Shown here: in pieces, positions 51,331-61,391 of the stretch
Layout of the letters: each line of letters starts with the position of its first letter
How positions within the stretch are numbered: position 1 is the first letter of the stretch
Assembly: GCA_964658305.1 (NCBI GenBank)
Contig: OZ210885.1
Location: 17,670,001 to 17,734,000 of the forward strand
Length of the DNA: 64,000 nucleotides
Origin: Leptogorgia sarmentosa
Lineage: Eukaryota
Direction of reading: 5' to 3'
Position numbers and translations under genes: made by a program
Notes under the pieces: model-generated
Databases searched by the model: none
What the model saw: only the letters and a program-made list of their open reading frames with translations
What the model was told of the DNA's origin: nothing

Positions 51331-52165
51331 GAAATTTTTGAATTTGAACTAGTGTGTGCAAGATCGTGAGAGTTTTGTATTCACTGTATTTTTCAATTCC
51401 GAACGTTAACAGTGCACTGCCATGATCAATTAAGTAATAAATTATACGCGCACTATCAACGATCGAATTAACCAAAATTGTGGTCAAATAGCTAACAAAA
51501 ATTTCATTGAATAATTTCACGTAGCTTTATCTGATAATTATCAAAAAAGCCATGACTTCTGCCTGCAAGAAAAAAAAATTGAAATTGGATGAATTTCACA
51601 TTCTTGGATCATGTGCTAGCTGTATATTCTGGATTGTTCCACCAATGGATAAATAATATCATAAGTTATATTCTTCTATTCAGTTATATTTATTTCATGT
51701 AAGCGTATAGCAAAACTACGAGAACTATTAGGATTAAAGATTGTTCCTAATCAATCAAAACCGATTTGTTAATAACTATCACACTAATCAATATCATATC
51801 TCATTGAATCCACGTAATATGTATAGATAAACTGTCTAGTGTAAATATAGATACTTATATAATATAGCTATAAAACGATTCAATTCGATTATTTTCTTCA
51901 TTCATTTTCAAAGTGAAAAAAACACATTTATATCTTTCTGTCCCGAAGGCTAGCCATGTATTGTGCATGTCCTAAATGTCATTTTCAAACTAATATATAC
52001 AAAAATAAAAAACTTCTACAGATCTGGTAATCATAAAAAATACGTTAAAAATCAGCTAGCATGCGTTTTCGTTCGAACTGAAACTAATTCTCAACTTATT
52101 TTCACTTTGAAAAAGAAAAGAATACGTATTATAGGCATGTTACACATTATTTGAAATATCAATTA

Positions 52166-53600
52166 ATGCACATTCCTCAGAAACGCATATCATATTACAT
52201 CAATGTTCAAAGTAAAAAAACGCATTGATATCATTCGGTCCCCAGGCCAAGCTATACATTGTTTGATATATCAGTGTTTTCTGAATAACATATGCGAAAA
52301 TAAAAAAATTCTATAGAATAGGTAATGAAAAAAAGGACTTGAAATTCACATGCACTTCCGTTTGAGTTGCAGACTAATTCTCATATCACACCTTTACATT
52401 AAAGTGGCAAAAACACGGCAGTGTATAAAAATATTAAAGGCAAGCAATACATTGTTGGAATTATCATTGTAATATGTATAATATATTGCAAAATGAAATA
52501 TCTATGGCTAGAATGAAGCGAGAAAAAGACTTCAAATTTAACATGCTGCACATTCCTCAGAAACGCATCATATTACATCAATGTTCAAAGTAAAAAAACG
52601 CATTGATATCATTCGGTCCCCAGGCCAAGCTATACATTGTTTGATATATCAGTGTTTTCTGAATAACATATGCGAAAATAAAAAATTTCTATAGAATAGG
52701 TAATGAAAAAAAAGAACTTGAAGTTCACATGCATTTCCGTTTGAGTTGCAGACTATAATTCTCATATCACACCTTTGCTTTAAAATGGCAAAAACACGGC
52801 AGTGTATAAAAATATTAAAGGCAAGTAATACATTGTTGGAATTATCATTGTAATATGTATAATATATTGCAAAATGAAATATCTATGGCTAGAATGAAGC
52901 GAGAAAAAGACTTCAAATTTAACATGCTGCACATTCCTCAGAAACGCATCATATTACATCAATGTTCAAAGTAAAAAAACGCATTGATATCATTCGGTCC
53001 CCAGGCCAAGCTATACATTGTTTGATATATCAGTGTTTTCTGAATAACATATGCGAAAATAAAAAATTTCTATAGAATAGGTAATGAAAAAAAGGACTTG
53101 AACTTCACATGCACTTCCGTTTGAGTTGCAGACTAATTCTCATATCACACCTTTACATTAAAGTGGCAAAAACACGGCAGTGTATAAAAATATTAAAGGC
53201 AAGCAATACATTGTTGGAATTATCATTGTAATATGTATAATATATTGCAAAATGAAAAATCTATGGCTAGAATGAAGCGAGAAAAAGACTTGAAATTTAA
53301 CATGCACATTCCTCAGAAACGCATCATATTACATCAATGTTCAAAGTAAAAAAACGCATTGATATCATTCGGTCCCCAGGCCAAGCTATACATTGTTTGA
53401 TATATCAGTGTTTTCTGAATAACATATGCGAAAATAAAAAATTTCTATAGAATAGATAATGAAAAAAAAGAACTTGAAGTTCACATGCATTTCCGTTTGA
53501 GTTGCAGACTATAATTCTCATATCACACCTTTGCTTTAAAATGGCAAAAACACGGCAGTGTATAAAAATATTAAAGGCAAGCAATACATTGTTGGGATTG
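52166..53600 (-). repeat. Same satellite in inverted orientation (~3.8 units)
   Basis: TCGGTCCCCAGG at ~52235, 52613, 52994 and 53369. Confidence 0.93.
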
Positions 53601-54571
53601 TCAAAGAAATTTTTTTAGGTATAGTTTGAAGTGAAAATTCTATGTCTAGTATTCAAACAATTCGAATTAAGATAAATGAGTTTCATTAATTTGTTTCTCA
53701 GGTTGAAACAAGGACTTTTGTAACTTATTAACGTTCTTCAGTATAAAGAATTAGTTTCTGTTTGAATGTAATTATAATATATGGAGATATTATTAGATGT
53801 TATATGTAGTGAGCCACAGGCCAGCCATCCCCTAATTATTAAGGTTCTTTATATGATATAGCTTCTGCACATCTGTGTGCACATTCTATTATATATATAT
53901 ATGTATATATACGGTGATTAAAAGTATAAATTTGGACACTTACTAAATTTCAGTATTAGATGTGTATATATCAAACAAGAAGAGACTTTGAATCCGAAAG
54001 GTTTCGTAGTCATTATTACCTAAACCTTCTCGAAACTATTTTGGGAATTTAGGGCAGGTTAGAACATGAAGAATTTGTTAAATCTGCTCAAGAAATAGTA
54101 TACTTTAACTGTTAAAACTTTTAAATGGTGGTAAATAGTAAGCGCGCAACATGTGGTCTTTATCAGCAGATTTAATCTGCTTACGAATGTGCGATGAATG
54201 TTGTGACGAATTCGTGATGAATGTCGTGATGAATGTTGTGACAACTTCACAGTGGTTAAAACAGAATGCAAAATTTGCTGATGGCGGAGGTATGCAGTCT
54301 TTGAGTGCCCTCTAGTTCTATAATGTTTTCATACACATATTGAAGTTGACAAACCATAGATTTTGTATATCTATTAAAATGTATGTTGATAAACACCTAT
54401 AAAATATCTAGGTAATAAATAAGATACATAATATGTCCCTGTTATTAAAATATTGTTGTGTTATTAAAATATGTGTTATTATAATAAAATATTTATTGAG
54501 CTCAGGCCACCCAACATATGGTAAGCATTAACCAAGTGAGATCTAGTGAGATTGAGCAGCACTTGAAAAAT

Positions 54572-57500
54572 TCATGGGCAAACAAAGTAATTTGAAAGTG
54601 CCTCTGCAAAGTTTAAGTTTAAACAACTTGCATGGAAAAATTGTAAGCATTTGTCACATCCAAGCCAATCTTCACCATCGTCATCTCTGCATATTTTGCA
54701 AACACTTGTATTTCTCCTGAAAAAACACAATTCGAATTAGAAATTATGAATTTTTACCTGTTCTAATAATCCTACACACTAAAGTAAACTTACTCATTGA
54801 CATCATCATAGCAGGAACCAAATATCAATGATGTTAGTCTACTTCGTTCAGTTACCATATTGAAACTTCTGTTTGTTTGAGCCTTCACATAAGCACCTTG
54901 CAAACTTAGGAGAAAAGCAAATATTAATTGAATTTACTGTTAAGTAAACATTTTTAAAAATATAATGAAAAAAAACTAATAATGCTGCAAAGGTGAGGTG
55001 AATAAAATATAATAATTATTTCATTTCATTTTATTTAGTGCTAACTTACAAGACAAATGATGACACCACAGTTATTGCTGTCTTGTTGAGAAAAATGAAC
55101 TGGTTCAATACACGACCAGAATTGGGAATGCCATCCAGTCTTCCTGTCTGCAATTTCACTAGTAGAAATAGAAAAAATGACCTGAATATTGAAATGATGT
55201 CACAGTTTGACAGTAATGCTACTATGTTAGCATAGCTTTTGGACATGCCCACATAATTTAAACAATGTGTGACAATTACTGGTATTGTGCAGCATCTCTC
55301 TGGATACATACTTCAACATGGAAAAGGGTTGCAATAACTACTTAAAGCAAAATCCTGGTTTACTGTCTCACCTTATCTTATCAATCAGGTCCATAAGATC
55401 TGGTTCAGTCTTGAAATTGATAGTTCTTTGCTTTTGACCATTCATAGGGTCCAGAAATAGTCTTCTCTTCTGTGCTAGATCTATTACCTGACATAAAGAA
55501 AAAGAATATTCATGGATTGATAATTACAGCATGGTAGACTGGTAGACTAAGTACAATTTGGAAAAACGGAACAGTTTAATATGTTGGAATAAACAACATT
55601 CTCACCAGTAATGTCCAGTGGATACCATGCTGATTGATAGGAATGAATATTTTTGAAATAGCCGTGAAGCTTTGCTCGGACCACAGCAAACGGGTACTGG
55701 ATCCACGTTTAGCAATGGTTGCCAAAGTTGCGTCTGCAGCAAAAACGTCAAACTCCTGGGTCAACTTCCACAGAGCTGCTTCTACTACCTGAAAGAAAGT
55801 AACAATATCTGGCCTAAATATGTTGCCTGTACGTAAAAAGTGGAGAATAAAAGTCGCGTTAAAAGATACAAACCTTGTCTATCAGCCAGCCTGGTTGGAA
55901 ATTCGCCAAGGATGATGTCTCTGAACTGTGCTTACATGAGAAGTCTGGAGGCATTAGGGTCCACAAGTCACCAATCATTAGTTTTGTTGGCCCAACATCT
56001 AACAATATGTCTGTCACTTTCAGTCCACTCCTTCTTGCTGTAATAAGTCTGGACAAAGGTTCATGCTTTCTGTTTGAGTAAAAGAAAATGATTCACAGTG
56101 CTTTCTTTTAAAGGTATAGGAGAAAAATTTATAGGTACGTTACCTTTGTGAAATATTATCACATCCAAGGCCTTCACCAGGTTCCATTCTATTATAACAC
56201 ATAGTTGCCCAGGCTCGTTGTGGCAATCCGGGTCTTGATCATCATCAACTTCTAGAGTCAGGTCGACTATCATTTCTTCTGTTTTCTACAAAAATGAGCG
56301 TCCTCATGAGAAAAATTAGACAGCAAATCATAGCTACATTCTAAAACTTTCAGATACTTACAATACTTTTGTTATGACTCTCCCCTCTATTCTTTGTTTC
56401 CAGTACCGTTTCATCGTTATCGATTACTATCCTGACCGGTGAACTCCTTTTCCATTTCTTACGTTTTGGTAAACTTTTGTGAAATATTTGATGGTATTCT
56501 GTTTTGTTTATCTTCAGCTTCTTTTTTACTGGACTGCTTCAAAGTGGGATGCCGTTTTGTTTTGGACGCGAAATTGATAATTTGTGATGGATATCTTCAA
56601 TTGATTTTATGGCCATTTGAAGATCATCTTCCATATCTATGAGATATGAGAGGTTTTTCAGAGCATCAAGTTTCTCGTGGAAAACGTTCCATAACTTTGT
56701 TGTGTGTTGATCTGGCGAAATTTCTTCACTCAAGCTAGGTGAATTGGATTCTTTGGAGTTTGAAGTTTGAATCTGATAACGGTGAACTGCTGTGTAGAGT
56801 CAACTCTCCCTCGACTTCTTTGTCATCCTTGGTATTTTCCCCATCCGAAATGTTAGAACCAGCATTGCCATTGTTGATTTTGATGTGTTCATTGTCAAGC
56901 GTGATGAAAACGCTATTCTTGTATTTATCTGGCAAAGAATTGAAATTCCACTCCACGTTGGCCGAAAATATTGCAAAAAAATGCTTGCAAGGGTACTGAG
57001 TCTTCTTCCATGCCTGACAGGAACATTCTGGTGTGGTCAAGTTCACAATGTGTTTTTCTTTGGGGTTTGTCTTGCTTCTAACATTAAATTCTCCCTTTTG
57101 AAAATTCACTGTTGAGATGTCCGAACATTGGTATTCTGCTGCAGCATAGCGACTTTTTAGACAATGTTTAACAAATTGCGGTGGTCGATCTCGCAAGTAA
57201 ACTGGTACATTTCGATTATACCTTTGGTATGAACTGCTATACATCAGGTTACTTTGCATATATTTTTGGAACGAATCGGGAATAAAACTCTCCATGATGG
57301 TGATTGCAATACCATATACCGATTTATCCACTGACCATGGTAAATACTCATATTTAAATAGTTTGTTCATTGCTTCCGTCCCATTGTTAGTATTGACAAT
57401 GTTCACTGCTTGTTGCTGCCGAAAAGCATGTGCCCAGCACGACGAGCATGAAAGCTAAGTGTTTTCTACGTAATCCTTGACTTTTTCATAAAGCTTAAGA

Positions 57501-58453
57501 TTTTTTAAAACGTCGACTTTGGCTTGAAACTGGCTTTCGCTATCTGTGCACGATATTTTCTTCATCTGTTGCAAAAACTTGTCTTGCTCTTCCGATGTAA
57601 GGTTATTCTTTCTTGCTCTGGCCCATCTCTGCATTGCTTGAATTCTGTGGAAATCGCAGATCTAGACAGACGTGGCAGGAAACTCTTATTCAATCGCCCC
57701 AATCTCCGCCGTTGAGTAGTCGATCATGAAATAGTTTGGGCTCCAGGCAGGGTTCCAAGATTTTAAAATGGCTAACGATTCGCGGATGGATTCTTTTTCC
57801 TCTGTTTGGCACATGAACTCCGCAACTACTTTATAACCAATATTTGTATGGACACATACAAAAGACAAGGGGATGGCGTATTTGGTCGTTTTGTAGGTCG
57901 CATGCATTAGGACGAGCTCGTCTCCGTACCTCTTTAACAGGCGCTACTGCCATGTTTCTTGGTGAACAAAGAGGAAGTTCTTTTCCCCCGGCTAGCGTCT
58001 GCTTTCGCTGTCTTGTTCCGTTGTTTCGTCTCTCATCCGGTAGAAAAAACTCGATGTGGGATCTTTTGCTTTCCACTCATCGATTTTTTGTGCCAGTGAT
58101 TCTTGGTCATCATTGCAGTATTTAAATGCACAGATTGCCCTACCAATATGGTTCCTAAGATCTTGTCGACATGGGTAATATCTTCGATTAGTCTTCCTAG
58201 GGTGCTGCGTTTTTGGAGCGTCCCGAAATAGGTCGTTTTCTACAAAGTGGTCAAGCCATCGTTTAAGTTCTGTGACGTTGGTGATGTTTTGTTCAACTAA
58301 ATTGTAAATCTTTTTTACCACGTGAGGATCGACATACTGGCCGATCGTCGAAGCTGAACCAACGGGGTGATTTTGGTGGGCACAACTCAACGGTAACTTC
58401 AGATAAAAACGTGTAGACCTACAGATCTCTGTTGCATTCTCGATAAGTCCCAT
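54572..58453 (-). pseudogene. Mutator-like (MULE) transposase with SWIM finger, Ulp1-type protease exons and terminal PHD finger
   Basis: ATYKTTKYAIPL...V.TN.GY...YFMIDY..AEI.AIE...DFHR.QA (MULE); NTNNGTE..N; CSCQAWKKTQYPCKH (SWIM); WL.DK, IFIPINQHGIHWTLL, DP (Ulp1); CKIC...WLGCDKC..FFHASC...CP (PHD, 54572-54716). Confidence 0.8.
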
Positions 58454-58454
58454 G

Positions 58455-61390
58455 TTTGGTTATTGAGCTTTCGAAGTTCACTGTTCAAAACAAATTCAAG
58501 TTGCTTGATATCCGAATTTGAATAATATATACTAGTGTCATCAGCAAAAAGATAAGATTTTGACAGTTGTAATGCATTTGGTAGATCATTGATATATAAA
58601 ATAAAAAATAATGGGCCTAAAATAGAACCTTGCGGAACTCCACATTTGAATTTTTCCATGAAGGAACAGGTTTCATTATATTGAACAAATTGTCCACGAT
58701 TGCAGAAATAGCTCTTGATCCATTGGAGTGCAACGCCTGTTATACCATAATGTTGTAATTTAGTAAATAGTATTTCATGATCTAAAGTATCAAAAGCCTT
58801 TGAAAGATCAATGAACACTCCAGCAGCTATCTGGTTCTGATCATGGCTGTGGCAACGTTATTTATTAGAGAAACATGTGAATGCATAGTAGAATGGTTAC
58901 TGCGAAAACCAAACTGAAATCTCTACAAAATTTCACATTGTTCAATGAATGATGTTAACACGATTTGCATAACTTTTTCAAATAACTTTGAAAAGTTTGT
59001 CAGGAGTGATATAGGTCTATAGTTTGTAAAGAAACTTTGATTTCCAGTTTTAAAAATTGGTATAATTTTAGCGATCTTTAGTTTACTTGGAAACACCCCT
59101 TTGGATAAAGAAAGATTTATAATATTAACAAGAGGTTGTACTATTAGGTCAATAGATTTTTTGATTACATACATAGATAGATTATCATAACCAGGAGCTT
59201 TAGCTGTTTTAAAATGAGTTGCAGATTTCTAGAATCTCAATTACATTTGTTGGATGAAGTGAAATAGATTCTTCACTATTTGAATTTAGGAAAGAAAGAA
59301 AAGAGTTTGAAGTCTCAGGAATCTTACTTGCAAGATCAATGTTGGCTAGATTATAGAATACCTGTCCACTTGATACGATGATACGAAGTGAGAATAATGA
59401 CGTAATATGTAGAAAATCCGAGCAAGCTCAAAGTTCCTGGGCAAGGTATATTTTTTCGTGATACGATGATACGAAGTGAGAATAATGACGTAATGTAATA
59501 TTTATCATTTATAGACCCGGAGCGAGGGGGATTCGGCGTAATATTTTCCGAAGTGATGATATTTTCCGAGGGGCTCTGCCCCGAGGAAAATATCATCACT
59601 GGTTGTTCATTGGACAATTTGAATTTGAGGTATAATATAGCAAATATTTAAAGAAGCCTTGCCAACATCTATTTTTTCGTGATATGATGATACCAACTTA
59701 AATGTGATTACCCGCGATTATTCAAAAAGCATGCGTTTCCTAATACAATTAAATCAAGTGAAAATAATTATGCATTTACTTATGCATATTGTTTTTATAT
59801 CTCGTTCTTTAAAGACCAACCGCACACTAAACAATACGCTTTCTTCGAAAGCCAACGGTACACTGTAAGCGTAAACAAACAGTTATTTGTGCTTACAATA
59901 ATATATATTAGTGTTTACTGTTCGGGTTAGTGTTCAATGTTAGGGTCAGCATTTGTACCATGTGAGAGTGTGATTTTTTATCGTATTTTACTCAAATTGC
60001 TGATTTTGCAATCCAGCGTGGGATACTATAATATCCCATGGCAGATCCACCGTGGGATATTATAGTATCCCACGCTCACGCGTGACGCGTGGGCAACACA
60101 CGCTTAGCATAGCTATGCAAAATGGCGGGCGAGCAAGACTCGGACGAAGAAATAAATAGACATCTTGAAAACAAAGATGCAAAAATGTTTCGTTCGGTAT
60201 AATATATCATTTATAGACCCTCCGCCCGGGGGATTCGGCGATATTTCCCTCAGTGTTTACTGTTCAGGTTAGTGTTTAATGTTTGGGTCAGGCTTTTACT
60301 GTTCGGGTTAGTGTTTAATGTGAGGGTCAGTGTTTACTGTTAGGGTCAGCCTTCACTGTTCGGGTTAGTGTTCATTGTTAGGGTCAGTGTTTACTGTTCG
60401 GGTTTCTTGGAAGGGATTAGCTTGCGTCCATGCGTTTTTAACGGCACACATTTATTTATCTCGGATTAACTGTATCTAACGTCACTTCGTATCATCGTAT
60501 CAGGAAAAAATATACCTTGCCCAGGAACTTTCAGCTTGCTCAGATTTACTATACATTACGTCATTTTCACTTTGTATCATCGTATCACGAAAAAATATAC
60601 CTTGCTCAGGACCTTTAAGCTTGCTTGGACTTACTATATATTACATCACTCAATCTCACTTCGTATCATCGTATCACGAAAAAATATACCTTGCTCAGGA
60701 CCTTTAAGCTTGCTCGGACTTACTATATATTATGTCATTATTCTCACTTCGTATCATCGTATCATGATAACAAGTCATAGTTTCAAAAGTGGACGGGTAT
60801 TCTATAATCGCTCCTCGATGTTAACGAAATATTTGCGAAACCTATTTGCAATGTCTTTAGGATCAGAGAAAAAAGGGTGTTATTTGATATAAACGAGGAA
60901 GGCAGTAAGGTTTTTGTTCTACGTTTATTAATTACTTCGTTTATTAGCTTCCAAGTTGCTTTGTGATCGTTTTTTGCAGTTTCAAATTTATTCTCATAAT
61001 ATGTTTTCTTGGCAATCTTAATCAAATGTGTAAGCTTGTTTTTGTATTTCTTGTATTTACTTTCTTTGACAGGACTTCGTGAAATAATGAACTTTTTATA
61101 GAGTTTATTCTTTTTCCTAACACAGGTTAATAGCCCTCTTGTCATCCAAGGTGTTAATGGTTTGTTCGAATTTTTTGCTCTGACTGATTTAGAAGGAAAG
61201 CTAAGATCATATAATCTAGAAAATTCATACTGAAAAGCATCGAAAGCACTGTCTGCATCTTGATTAGGGAGATTTTCCTAGTTGACATTAGTACGAAATT
61301 TGGTAATATTGCTATCGCCAAAGTCCCTAAATATGGTCTTTTCAGCACTTTTGCGAGGGGGAAGAGTTTCTGTAAAGACATAAACAATTT
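58455..61390 (-). mobile_element. Degraded CR1/L2-group LINE fragment, split by an insertion at ~59349-60809
   Basis: KPWMTRGLL...YKKYKNKL, NYRPISLL, FIDLSKAFDT, GVPQGSILGP, FADD; several stops and frameshifts. Confidence 0.85.
59349..60809. mobile_element. Non-autonomous composite element with ~23-bp TIRs and inverted ~90-bp subterminal repeats
   Basis: GATTATAGAATACCTGTCCACTT (59349-59371) versus AAGTGGACGGGTATTCTATAATC (60787-60809). TCACTTCGTATCATCGTATCA units occur reversed at 59370-59495 and forward at 60480-60765. Hairpin at 60016-60075. Confidence 0.7.
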
Positions 61391-61391
61391 T

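Larger units (their letters stand above)
43329..54257. mobile_element. ~11-kb foldback structure: long inverted arms ending (AAC)CACTGTGAAGTTG, with internal satellite arrays
   Basis: 43329-~44050 is the reverse complement (with indels) of ~53600-54257, including 12-bp ACATTCRTCACR subterminal repeats. No TSD is visible. Confidence 0.75.

Noticed and set aside
44060..53600. Regular repeats as a CRISPR array, or the short ORFs in them as genes
   Set aside because: The units are ~375-bp tandem copies with no unique spacers and no cas genes. The ORFs are recurring chance frames of the satellite.
59910..60400. Interstitial telomere
   Set aside because: TTAGGG occurs only as scattered parts of a longer degenerate minisatellite, not as a tandem hexamer array.
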